A DNA stretch of 64,000 nt from Deltaproteobacteria bacterium (GCA_016189835.1 JACPRU010000057.1:24454-88453), one strand, 5' to 3'; shown: positions 27,065 through 35,926, counted from the first letter of the stretch. Made by a program: numbers and translations. The notes: generated by a model from the letters alone, not told the origin.

Positions 27065-27073
27065 TGTGGATAA
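27065..27073 (+). promoter_or_regulatory. Perfect DnaA box (TGTGGATAA), same orientation as the first
   Basis: Exact 9-mer, 12 nt upstream of the TTGACA at 27086. Confidence 0.55.
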
Positions 27074-27085
27074 TCCCCCAGGCGG

Positions 27086-27113
27086 TTGACAGTCAGACGC
27101 CGACAATTATGGT
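27086..27113 (+). promoter_or_regulatory. Sigma70-like promoter TTGACA-N16-TATGGT
   Basis: -35 at 27086-27091 and -10 at 27108-27113. The GTG start codon at 27123 is only 10 nt after the end of the -10, giving leaderless geometry. Confidence 0.45.
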
Positions 27114-27122
27114 TGGCGGCGC

Positions 27123-28406
27123 GTGCGCCGCTCGTTGCTAGCCCTCTCGGTCGCCCTTCTCGGCGGGCTCGCCCTGCCGCTGCGGACCTGGCCCGCGCCC
27201 GCAGCCTCGGCCAGCCCGGCGCCCCAAGACCGGGCTGTCGCCGACGCCGAGCGCATGGTCTTTCTGCTGCAGTACGTGGGCGGCGATTACGGCGTCGCCG
27301 TCAAGGACGGCAAGGTCATCGACGAGTTGGAGTATCGCGAGAACAGCGAGTTCGCCGCGCTGATCGCCGAGGGCCTGGCGAGCTTGCGCGGTGCGCTGCC
27401 GCCCGCCAAGGTCGCCCCACTGGAGGCGGCGGTGCGACGACTCGGTGAGCTGATCGCGGCGCGCGCCGATGCGCGACAGGTGAAGGAAGTGGCCGAGTCG
27501 GCGATCCCTCTGCTCGTCGATGCCTTCGCGTTACGGTCGTTTCCGCGGCAACGGCCCGAGCCGGCGACGGCGCGCGGGCTCTTCGCCGAAAGCTGCGTGC
27601 CCTGCCACGGCCAGCGCGGCGAGGGGGATGGGCCGAGAGCCAAGGAGCTCACTCCGCCGCCGGTGCCATTCAGCGACCGACCTCGGATGGACGCGACGGC
27701 GCCGTACGTCTTCTACAATGCGATCACGTTCGGCGTGGCCAACACGTCCATGGCCTCGTTCGCGGACTCGCTGTCCGATCAGCAGCGCTGGGATCTGGCC
27801 TTCTACCTGTGGACGTTGTCACTGCCGCCCGGCGAGAGCGCCGAGCCACCGCCGGTGACGCTGTCGCTGCGCGACCTGGCGACGCGCTCGGCGGAGGCGC
27901 TGGCGCCGGAGGTCGTTCGGCAAGCCGCGGCCCGGGGCGTGACCGTCGACGAGGCGCAGGCGGCGCTGTGGGTCGCCCGACTGCGCGCGAGCCCGCCGAT
28001 CCTCAGTGACGCGCAGGAGCGCCTCGCTCGCCTGCGACAGGATCTCGCCACCGCCGTCGCTCTTCTCGATGCGGGCGATCCGGAGGCGGCCACCGACCGT
28101 CTGACCAGCTCGTACCTGAGCGAGTTCGAGCCGCTCGAGCCCGAGATCGACCGACACGATCCGCGGGTGCGGCAGAGCGTCGAGCGCGATCTGATCGAGT
28201 TTCGGTCGGCGCTGCGGCGCAACGATCGCGCGGCTGCACGCACGACCGTCAGCCGTCTCGAGCGGACCGTCGAGCGCGCGGCGGCGTTGCTGGGGGGCCG
28301 CGCGGCGGCGCCGCCGAGCCGGACTCGAGCCGTCGGCATCGCGGCCGCGATCGCCGCCGCGGTGGTCGCCGGCTTCGTCATCAGGCGCCGATTGGAAAGG
28401 CCGTGA
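27123..28406 (+). CDS. Membrane-anchored mono-haem c-type cytochrome domain protein
   Basis: 427 aa with a signal peptide. The haem motif CVPCHG sits in a cytochrome-c domain (...FYNAITFGVANTSMASF). A C-terminal TM helix is AVGIAAAIAAAVVAGFVI. Confidence 0.7.
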   Translation: MRRSLLALSVALLGGLALPLRTWPAPAASASPAPQDRAVADAERMVFLLQYVGGDYGVAVKDGKVIDELEYRENSEFAALIAEGLASLRGALPPAKVAPLEAAVRRLGELIAARADARQVKEVAESAIPLLVDAFALRSFPRQRPEPATARGLFAESCVPCHGQRGEGDGPRAKELTPPPVPFSDRPRMDATAPYVFYNAITFGVANTSMASFADSLSDQQRWDLAFYLWTLSLPPGESAEPPPVTLSLRDLATRSAEALAPEVVRQAAARGVTVDEAQAALWVARLRASPPILSDAQERLARLRQDLATAVALLDAGDPEAATDRLTSSYLSEFEPLEPEIDRHDPRVRQSVERDLIEFRSALRRNDRAAARTTVSRLERTVERAAALLGGRAAAPPSRTRAVGIAAAIAAAVVAGFVIRRRLERP

Positions 28407-28642
28407 GGGTCGGCTAAAGAGGTCGGCTAAAGAACGAGCACGAGCCTTCCGAAGAGGGAACGTGGAAGTTCTCGACGGCGATCGCGGCGCTCGCGCCGCG
28501 CGCGCAGCGATGGGTGCGAGGGAGACGCTGGCGGCGGCACCCGGCGAGGAGGCGATGAAGCGGCTCGAACCGGCAAGCGTGTCCGCGATCGAATCACGGA
28601 TCTCCGAGCGTTTCCCAGGACGCTCGGCAAAGCCCGCTGCCC

Positions 28643-30241
28643 TTGGCTGAGCCCGCTCCCGCGGCTGCGGCGCCGCTCTCGCTGCCGCTGCCGGACCGAC
28701 CGGCGAGCCCGTGGAAGGCCGCCGCGCTGGTGCTCGCCGGCGGCCTGGGGATCGCCGCTTGCTTCCTGCGCTTCTCGCTGTGGCCGCTCGCCTGGGTGGC
28801 GTTCGCGCCGATCCTGCTGTCGCTCCGCGGCGAGACCTCTCGGAGCCGGGCGGTCCGCCTCGGGCTCGTCGCCGGGCTGGCGACCAACGTTCCGGCGTTT
28901 GCGTGGCTGGTGGAGACGATCCACCTGTTCGGCGGCTTCCCGCTGTGGTTGAGCACGCTCTTCTATCTCTCTCTGTCGCTCTACTCGGCGATGCAGTTCG
29001 TGCTGTTCGCGCTCGCCGTCCAGCGCACCGGTCCGGGGCCCGCGGCGATCTATCCCGCGCTCTACTGGGTCAGCCTGGAGTTCTTCTATCCGAACCTGTT
29101 TCCGTGGCGGCTCGCCAATTCCCAGCTCGAGGTGCCGACCCTGCTGCAAGTCGGCGATCTGACCGGACCGTTCGGGCTGAGCCTGCTGATGGTCTGGGGC
29201 AGCGGGGTGCTGGCTCGGGGCATCGCACACGGAGCTCGCGCGGCGGCCGTGGCGCTGCTGCTGTGGCTCGCCGCGCTTGGCGCCGTGCTCGGATACGGCT
29301 CCTGGCGGCTGCCGCGGATCGAGGCGGCGATGGAGGCGGCGCCGCCGGTGCGGCTCGGGCTGGTGCAGGGCAACCTGAGCATCGAGGAGAAGGGGGACGT
29401 CCGCTATCTGGAAGGCAACCTCGACACCTATCGAAGGCTCTCCGAGGCGCTCGCGCCCGCGCCCGACGTGGTGATCTGGCCTGAGAGCGTGATCACCGAG
29501 GCCTTGCCGCGCGACCTCGCCCAGCTGTCGCCGGCCGGGCGCGAGATTCTCGGCCTGCGCCGCCCGCTGTTCGCCGGCGCGCTGACCTTCGCGCGTGACG
29601 ACGCGGGCGAACCGCGCTTCTTCAACAGCGTGCTGCTGTTCGACGCCGAGGGGCGGGTGCTCGGCATGTCGGACAAGCAGATCCTCATGCCGTTCGGCGA
29701 GTACATGCCGCTCGCATCGCTGCTGCCGTGGCTGAAGCGGGCGAGCCCGCAGACCGGGGACTTCCAGGCAGGCAGTCGGGTGATCCCGCTCGACGTTCCG
29801 GGCGTCGGCCGCTTCGCTCCGCTCAACTGTTATGAAGACCTGCGCGCGTCGATCGCGCGGCGCGCGATCCGCGACGGGGATGCGGAGGTGCTGCTCGCCG
29901 TCGCCAACGACGCCTGGTTCGGCGATACGATGGCGCCCTACCAGCACGAAGCACTGGCGCTGTGGCGCGCCGTCGAGAACCGGCGGTTTCTCGTGCGCGT
30001 GACCAATACCGGCGTGACCGACGTGATCGAGCCCACCGGCCGCGTCCGGCGGCGCCTGGCGGTGTTCGAGCCCGCCGCCGCCGTCGAGAAGGTCAGCCGC
30101 CTGCGCGTGAGCAGCCCCTACACGCAGCTCGGAGACTGGTTCGCCTGGTGGGTCACGGCGACGGCGGTTGCCGTGCTGCTGACCTCGGCAGGACGGCGAG
30201 GCCGTTCGGAACGCCCCAGCCGCCCTCGACGTCGAGCGTGA
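28643..30241 (+). CDS. lnt: Apolipoprotein N-acyltransferase
   Basis: 532 aa with multiple N-terminal TM helices. The CN-hydrolase domain has LVQGN, VIWPE and LNCYED. TTG start. Confidence 0.88.
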   Translation: MAEPAPAAAAPLSLPLPDRPASPWKAAALVLAGGLGIAACFLRFSLWPLAWVAFAPILLSLRGETSRSRAVRLGLVAGLATNVPAFAWLVETIHLFGGFPLWLSTLFYLSLSLYSAMQFVLFALAVQRTGPGPAAIYPALYWVSLEFFYPNLFPWRLANSQLEVPTLLQVGDLTGPFGLSLLMVWGSGVLARGIAHGARAAAVALLLWLAALGAVLGYGSWRLPRIEAAMEAAPPVRLGLVQGNLSIEEKGDVRYLEGNLDTYRRLSEALAPAPDVVIWPESVITEALPRDLAQLSPAGREILGLRRPLFAGALTFARDDAGEPRFFNSVLLFDAEGRVLGMSDKQILMPFGEYMPLASLLPWLKRASPQTGDFQAGSRVIPLDVPGVGRFAPLNCYEDLRASIARRAIRDGDAEVLLAVANDAWFGDTMAPYQHEALALWRAVENRRFLVRVTNTGVTDVIEPTGRVRRRLAVFEPAAAVEKVSRLRVSSPYTQLGDWFAWWVTATAVAVLLTSAGRRGRSERPSRPRRRA

Positions 30242-30956
30242 GCGTCGGCGTCGCCACGCTCAACTGCGTGCTCGGCCCGCCGTCGAGGTTGAGCGCGCTC
30301 CAGCATCCCAGGCCGCCTTCGGCGGCCGGCGCGACGAGCCCGTCGGCCAGCTCGGAGAGCGAGACCGCGATCGGGAAAACGACGATCATCACCGTGCCGT
30401 CTCCGGGCAGGCACACGCAGGTCCGCCGCGACACCTGCGGTTTCAGTTGCAGCGCCCGGCCGTCGACCACCAGGCGCGGCCCGGATTGCAGAGCCGCGTC
30501 GATCGGCGTGGGCAGCGCATCGCGGGTGTGCTGGATGACGGGCTGGCCCATCGAGATCAGGAACAAGCCCTGGTCGACCCGACGCAGCGGGCTGGTCTCC
30601 TTGCCGTCGCCGACGACCAGACCGAGCGGACGGGCGTTCTCGTCGAAGAACCCGCCGTTGACGACCACGTACGCCCGCGATTCCTCACGCAGCGACGTGA
30701 CCGTCGCCACCCGGCGATCGCCGCGGCGGGCGTCGAGCACGGTCATGTGAACGACGCGGGGATCGGCGCGGAACACATGTCCGCTGAGTTCGGCGTGCTC
30801 CGCGGCCCGCTCGAGCTTCCACGGGCGGTACCACAGCCCGGGGGCCAGCGCGGTCCATGGCGACGCGCGCGTTTCCTCCGTGGCTGCGCCGTGCGCGGCA
30901 GCGACGACCGCGGCCAGCGTCAGGGCGACCGACGATCTGCGAGCCGGCCACCGCAC
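30153..30956 (-). CDS. Phosphodiester glycosidase (NAGPA/DUF2233) family protein
   Basis: 267 aa with a signal peptide. Motifs VVNGGFFD, SGPRLVVDG and ALNLDGGPST are present. Confidence 0.75.
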   Translation of the reverse strand: MRWPARRSSVALTLAAVVAAAHGAATEETRASPWTALAPGLWYRPWKLERAAEHAELSGHVFRADPRVVHMTVLDARRGDRRVATVTSLREESRAYVVVNGGFFDENARPLGLVVGDGKETSPLRRVDQGLFLISMGQPVIQHTRDALPTPIDAALQSGPRLVVDGRALQLKPQVSRRTCVCLPGDGTVMIVVFPIAVSLSELADGLVAPAAEGGLGCWSALNLDGGPSTQLSVATPTLTLDVEGGWGVPNGLAVLPRSAARQPPSP

Positions 30957-30995
30957 GGAGTCTACTCTGACGCGGGTCGGCGGCGCACCGCAGGC

Positions 30996-32135
30996 TCAGA
31001 ATCCGCCGAGCGCCGCCACGCGCTCGCGGTGAAACGCGGGAGCGCCGAAGGCCAGCTCGTTCCATTTGGCGCGCTTGAACCAGAAATGCACGTCGTGCTC
31101 CCAGGTGAATCCGATGCCCCCGTGAATCTGCACGGCGCGGTTCGCGCAGCGGGAGTAGATCTCGGACAGCGCGGCCTTGGCCATGGAGGAAGCCCGACGC
31201 GCCTCGCGCGGCAGGGCGTCGTGGGCGTACGCCGCGAACCACACGAGCGAGCGCGCGGGCTCGATCTCCGCGACCATCTCGGCCGCGATGTGCTTGATCG
31301 CCTGGAACGATCCGATCAGACGACCGAACTGCTGTCGGGTCTTGGCGTACTCCACTGCCATCTCCAGGACCCGCTCGGCGCCGCCGAAGCCATCGGCGGC
31401 CACGCCGACGGCGGCGAGATCCAGGAGATGCTCGATCACCGGCCAACCGCCGCCGAGCCGGCCGAGCAGTTGATCGGCCGGGACCTCGACGCGGCGCATC
31501 TCGACCTCGCAGACCCGACGAGTGCGGTCGACGGTCTCCAGCGGGCGGATGCTGAGGCCGGAGGCGCGCCGGTCGACGAGAAACAGCGTGACGCCGTCGG
31601 GTCCGTCGCTTCCCGAGGTGCGACAGGCCGTGATCAGCAGGTCGACGCAATGTGCGTAGGGGACGAAGAGCTTTCGCCCGCTCAGCACGTAGGCGGCCCC
31701 CTTGCGCCGAGCACGGCTGCGGAGCACCGCCGGATGCGCCGAATCGCCGCTCTCTTCGAGCAGGGCAATCGTCGCCGTGCACTCCCCGGAGGCGAGCTTC
31801 GGCAACCACTGCTTCTTCAAGCGGCGGTCGGCGCCGCGGACGATCGCCCGCGTGGCCAGCAAGGCGGAGAACAGGAACGGCCCCGGCACGGCCGCGCGGC
31901 CGTGCTCCGCGAGCAGGATCGCCATGTCGAGCATGCCGAGCCCGAGCCCGCCGCTGGCCGGGGGAACGAGCAGGCCGGTCCACCCCATCTCGGCCATCCG
32001 TCGATCGAGTGCTTCGGAGTGGCCGCTCGGCCCCTCGGCGATCCGGCGAACGACCGCCGGCGGGCATTCCTTGGCCAGTAGGTCGCGCGCGCTGCGCTGC
32101 AGGATCAGCTGGTCGTCGGAGAGACCGAAATCCAT
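30996..32135 (-). CDS. Acyl-CoA dehydrogenase family protein
   Basis: 379 aa with MDFGLSDDQ...AVQIHGGIGFTWEHDVHFWFKRA. Confidence 0.85.
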   Translation of the reverse strand: MDFGLSDDQLILQRSARDLLAKECPPAVVRRIAEGPSGHSEALDRRMAEMGWTGLLVPPASGGLGLGMLDMAILLAEHGRAAVPGPFLFSALLATRAIVRGADRRLKKQWLPKLASGECTATIALLEESGDSAHPAVLRSRARRKGAAYVLSGRKLFVPYAHCVDLLITACRTSGSDGPDGVTLFLVDRRASGLSIRPLETVDRTRRVCEVEMRRVEVPADQLLGRLGGGWPVIEHLLDLAAVGVAADGFGGAERVLEMAVEYAKTRQQFGRLIGSFQAIKHIAAEMVAEIEPARSLVWFAAYAHDALPREARRASSMAKAALSEIYSRCANRAVQIHGGIGFTWEHDVHFWFKRAKWNELAFGAPAFHRERVAALGGF

Positions 32136-32139
32136 CGTC

Positions 32140-33345
32140 TTAGCCCCGTGGCAGGCCGAGGCCGCGCTCGGCGATGATGTTCTTCTGAATCTGCGACGTT
32201 CCGCCGCCGATGATCAGCCCGAGCGTGAACATGAACTCGTAGGGCCAGACGCCGCGATCCGCCACGTGGCGCGAGCGCCGCTCGAGCATGCCGTAGTCGC
32301 CGAGCACCTCGAGCGCGAGCGCGCAGATCGCATGGTTGAGCTCCGTCGAGACGAGCTTGTTCACCGAGGCGGCGATGCCCGGCGAACGGCCGTGCAGGAG
32401 ATCGGTGAGTTGGCGGTACGAGTGATACTTCATCGACTCGACCCGGATGGCGAGATCGGCGAGGCGCTGTCGCATCGCCGGATCGGCGCTCACCGGCTTG
32501 CCGCCTCGGCGGCGCGTGCGCGCGAGGCGCAGGAGGCCTTGGAACATCTGTTGCGTGCGAGTCGTCGAGCCGAGCAGGTTGCGCTCGTGCGACAACGTGG
32601 CGTTGGCGACTTGCCAGCCCTGGTTCAGCTCGCCGACCAGATTCGCCCGCGGCACCCGGACGTCCTCGAAGAAGACCTCGTTGAATCCCTTGTCGCCGGT
32701 CATCTGCACCAGCGGCCGCACGGTGATGCCGGGGCTCTTCATGTCGATGAGGATGTAGGAGATGCCCTTGTGCTTGGGCGCCGTCGGATCGGTGCGCACC
32801 AGACAGAACATCCAATCGGCGAACTGGGCGTTCGAGGTCCAGACCTTCTGGCCGTTGACGATGAAGAAGTCGCCGGCGATCTCGGCTCGAGTCGTCAGCG
32901 ACGCGAGGTCCGAACCGGAGCCGGGCTCCGAGTACCCCTGGCACCAGATCTGCTCGCCGGCGAGGATCTTCGGCAAGAATCGACGCTTTTGCTCCTCGGT
33001 GCCGTACTGCATGAGCGTCGGGCCGACCATCTGCACGCCCATGACGCCGATCAGGCTCGGCGCACGCGCTTTCACCATCTCCTCGTTGACGATCGTCTGC
33101 CGCATCAGCAGATCGCGTCGGTTGCCGCCCGGCTCGGACTGACCGCCGTACTCTCGAGGCCAGCCCATGGCGACGTAGCCGGCCTCGTAGAGCTTCCGCT
33201 GCCACTGCTTGAGCTCGGCGATGCGCTTGGGGTTCCCGTATTCTCCCGGCTCTTCGGCGGGCGAGCGCCGCGACACGTTGCGCCGCAGCCAGCGGCGGAC
33301 TTGGCGCTGAAATTCGCTCTCTTGGGGCGTCAGTGAGAGGTCCAT
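32140..33345 (-). CDS. Acyl-CoA dehydrogenase family protein
   Basis: 401 aa from MDLSLTPQESEF, with WCQGYSEPGSGSD and GGGTSQIQKNIIAERGLGLP. It ends 4 nt upstream of the next ACAD gene. Confidence 0.85.
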   Translation of the reverse strand: MDLSLTPQESEFQRQVRRWLRRNVSRRSPAEEPGEYGNPKRIAELKQWQRKLYEAGYVAMGWPREYGGQSEPGGNRRDLLMRQTIVNEEMVKARAPSLIGVMGVQMVGPTLMQYGTEEQKRRFLPKILAGEQIWCQGYSEPGSGSDLASLTTRAEIAGDFFIVNGQKVWTSNAQFADWMFCLVRTDPTAPKHKGISYILIDMKSPGITVRPLVQMTGDKGFNEVFFEDVRVPRANLVGELNQGWQVANATLSHERNLLGSTTRTQQMFQGLLRLARTRRRGGKPVSADPAMRQRLADLAIRVESMKYHSYRQLTDLLHGRSPGIAASVNKLVSTELNHAICALALEVLGDYGMLERRSRHVADRGVWPYEFMFTLGLIIGGGTSQIQKNIIAERGLGLPRG

Positions 33346-33567
33346 GTCGAGGCTCCGAGTCTTGCGCAGGGTGAGGGATAGCCAATCGCGGGGACGAAAT
33401 CCACGGCGGTCCGCGCGTTTGCGCCGCCCGCGTTCGCGCTGCGTCATCGTGGGTGCGCATGGAACCGCCCGGGTTTGCGGCGCTCGGACGGCGGGAATCG
33501 CGATCGGTGACCGGATCGATCGTCGCATGCCCGCCTTCGCGGGCACGGATCGACGGCGCGGCTGCGT

Positions 33568-34368
33568 TCAGGTCGTCGAGCGCGCCGAGCGCGCCGGCGC
33601 GGCGGTGTTCGCCCTCCAGCGCTCGAGCGTGTCGCGGATCTCACGTTCGACACGACGCAGGAGGCGGTCGGCGTCATCTCCCCCCGTGCGCTCGATCGGC
33701 GCGCCGATGGCCACGCGAACGCGGACCCCGAAGGGAACCGGGAACAGGTTGTGTCGCAGCAAGCGCCAGGATCCGTCAACCGCCACGGGCACCACCGCGG
33801 TATGCGGAGCCGAGCGTAGCAACTCGAGGGATCCGCGCGCCTTGAAGGCCCCGATCGTGCCCCGACGCGCTCGCGTGCCTTCCGGGAAGATCACCGCGGA
33901 AACGCCTCGCTGCTCGACGCGGCAGCCCAGTGCGCGGATCGCTTCGAGGGCCTGTGACGCGTCCTGGCGGTCGATGACGGCGTTTCCGCCTCGCCTCAGG
34001 TTGTAGGAGATGCTGGGGATCCAGCGCGACAGCTCACGCTTGGCCACGTACTTGGGAAAATTCGTGAACAGCAGCGCGCCCAAGATTGGCACGTCGAACA
34101 TGCTCTGATGATTGGCGATCACCAGGTAGGACGTCCACGGCCGCACGGCGGGTGAGCGCTCGATCTCGAGGCGGGTTCCGCACACCCGGAACGCCCCGAG
34201 CAGCCCACGCTGCAGGAGTCCGACGACGATCTCGTGAGGGCGGGACCCGAACAGACGAGCGATGCGCTGCAACGGATCGAAGAGCCCGAGGATGAGCCCG
34301 AAGACGATCAGGAACGGCACCGTGAACAGCCAGTCGACGGTCCGCCGCATGAAAGAGCCGGGCTTCAT
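33568..34368 (-). CDS. plsC: 1-acyl-sn-glycerol-3-phosphate acyltransferase
   Basis: Contains the NHQSMFD (HX4D) and FPEGTR motifs and an N-terminal TM helix. Confidence 0.85.
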   Translation of the reverse strand: MKPGSFMRRTVDWLFTVPFLIVFGLILGLFDPLQRIARLFGSRPHEIVVGLLQRGLLGAFRVCGTRLEIERSPAVRPWTSYLVIANHQSMFDVPILGALLFTNFPKYVAKRELSRWIPSISYNLRRGGNAVIDRQDASQALEAIRALGCRVEQRGVSAVIFPEGTRARRGTIGAFKARGSLELLRSAPHTAVVPVAVDGSWRLLRHNLFPVPFGVRVRVAIGAPIERTGGDDADRLLRRVEREIRDTLERWRANTAAPARSARSTT

Positions 34369-34627
34369 CCGCGAGAGCGACCGCGCCGAGCTAACAGGAC
34401 CGTCACCGCCCGGTCAAATGCCCCGCGCCAACAATGCCCCTCGGCGCCGGTGCGCGGCCGCTCGCTGCGGTGCGCTCGGACGGCATCGGTTCGGTGCGTT
34501 CGGCATGCTCGTGCGTGCTCTGTGTCGGGTACTGTCCTGATCGGGCAGCATGTGTCGCTCGATTGCGTAGGCTCGGTGCGCATGCTAACCAGGTCGGATT
34601 TTCCCGTCTGCAAGGAAGGACAAGGTC

Positions 34628-34852
34628 ATGCCCATCCACACCCGCTACGTTCTCAAGCACCGACGCGGCTCGATTTTCTCGAGCGTGCTCGCGGCGGAAA
34701 GCCTCGGCTTTGCGATGGAGACGCTGGCCGTGGTTCACGCCGTCAGCGAGCGCGAGGTGCGAGAGCGTGCCGAGCTGGTGCGCGCGAGCTTCGCAGCAGC
34801 CGCCAAAGGCTACTTGCCGGGTTGCGAGCCGACGCTCGCTCGCGTCGCCTAG
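34628..34852 (+). CDS. Hypothetical small protein
   Basis: 74 aa with GGAAGGA upstream of the ATG. No recognisable motif. Confidence 0.3.
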   Translation: MPIHTRYVLKHRRGSIFSSVLAAESLGFAMETLAVVHAVSEREVRERAELVRASFAAAAKGYLPGCEPTLARVA

Positions 34853-35026
34853 GCCGGTCCGCGGAATCGCTCCCGCCGCCCCCGCGCCGATCGCCGGGGC
34901 GGGCTCGGCGCGGGGTAGATCCTCTGGCGGCTGCGGCTCGGCGAGGACGCTCGGCAAGTCGCCGCGGAGCCGATCGATGGCTGCGGCAAATTGCAAGGCG
35001 TGGCGCAAGCGTGTACCAGCGGCGCA

Positions 35027-35914
35027 GTGCGCGTTCTGGTCTCCGGATGTTCGGGTTTGGTGGGCCGAGCCCTGGTGCGCGAGCTCGGCCGGCATGGTGC
35101 CGAGGTCGTGCCCCTGGTTCGTGGCGGGAGCGGCGGAGGGATCACCTGGGACCCGCGCGCTGGGCGCTTCGACGCTGCGCGGGCGGAGGGCTTCGACGCG
35201 GTGGCGCACCTCGCCGGCGAGAACATCGCCTCCCGGCGCTGGACGGCAGCCCGCAAGAGGGAGATTTACGACAGCCGCGTGGTCGGCACGCGGGTGCTGG
35301 CCGAGGGCCTGTCGTCGCTACAGCGACCGCCAAAGGTTCTGGTCGCGGCCTCGGCGGTCGGCTTCTACGGCAACAGCGGAGAAGCGGAGCGCAGCGAGGG
35401 GAGCCCGCGCGGCGCGGGCTTTCTCGCCGACCTGTGCGCGGATTGGGAAGCCGCGTGCGCCGCGGCGAGTGCCCGAGGGATCCGGGTCGTCCGGCTACGC
35501 ATGGGCCTGGTGCTGGCGCCCGAAGGGGGGGCGCTCGCCAAGATACTGCCGATCTTCCGACTCGGGCTGGGCGGGCGGATCGGTGACGGGCGGCAATGGA
35601 TGAGCTGGATTTCGATCCACGATCTGGTGCGGATCCTCGTGCTGTCGTTGGCGGACGACGGGCTCGTCGGGGCGGTCAACGCCGTCTCGCCGCAGCCGGT
35701 TCGCAACGCCGATCTCACCGCCGCTCTGGCGCGGGTTCTTCGTCGGCCGGCGATGCTTCCCGTGCCCGCCTTCGCCTTACGAGCGCTGCTCGGCGAGCTG
35801 GCCGACGCGCTACTGCTCAGCAGCACGCGAGCCGTTCCCCGCGTGCTGCTCGAGCGCGGCTTCCGCTTCGAGCACCCGCAGATCGAATCCGCGCTGCGCG
35901 CGACGATCGGCTGA
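35027..35914 (+). CDS. yfcH: YfcH/SDR39U1-type epimerase-family protein (TIGR01777, C-terminal DUF1731)
   Basis: VRVLVSGCSGLVGRAL is the Rossmann motif. GDGRQWMSWISIHD and the C-terminus RFEHP are also present. The start is taken at GTG 35027, although the ORF is open from 34991. Confidence 0.8.
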   Translation: MRVLVSGCSGLVGRALVRELGRHGAEVVPLVRGGSGGGITWDPRAGRFDAARAEGFDAVAHLAGENIASRRWTAARKREIYDSRVVGTRVLAEGLSSLQRPPKVLVAASAVGFYGNSGEAERSEGSPRGAGFLADLCADWEAACAAASARGIRVVRLRMGLVLAPEGGALAKILPIFRLGLGGRIGDGRQWMSWISIHDLVRILVLSLADDGLVGAVNAVSPQPVRNADLTAALARVLRRPAMLPVPAFALRALLGELADALLLSSTRAVPRVLLERGFRFEHPQIESALRATIG

Positions 35915-35926
35915 GCGGCGAGCCTC

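Noticed and set aside
26882-27122. The DnaA-box cluster as the chromosomal origin (oriC).
   Set aside because: There are only two strong boxes, no clear AT-rich unwinding element or 13-mer repeats, and no dnaA, dnaN or gidA-type neighbours. It is kept as a DnaA-binding or regulatory candidate, not an origin.
28462-28650. A 62-aa ORF in the spacer before lnt.
   Set aside because: It has no RBS, an Ala/Arg-rich product and no motif. It may instead be part of the lnt 5' region. The evidence is insufficient.
34560-34625. SRP-RNA-like words (ACCAGGTC ... AAGGAAGGACAAGG), and GGTGCG repeats at 34449, 34469, 34493 and 34575 in the 260-nt spacer upstream of ORF 34628.
   Set aside because: There is no GNRA tetraloop, no symmetric or asymmetric loop arrangement, and no closing 5'/3' helix of 4.5S RNA. 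The AGGAAGGA stretch is more simply the ribosome-binding site of the small ORF. The hexamer repeats are too short to be significant.
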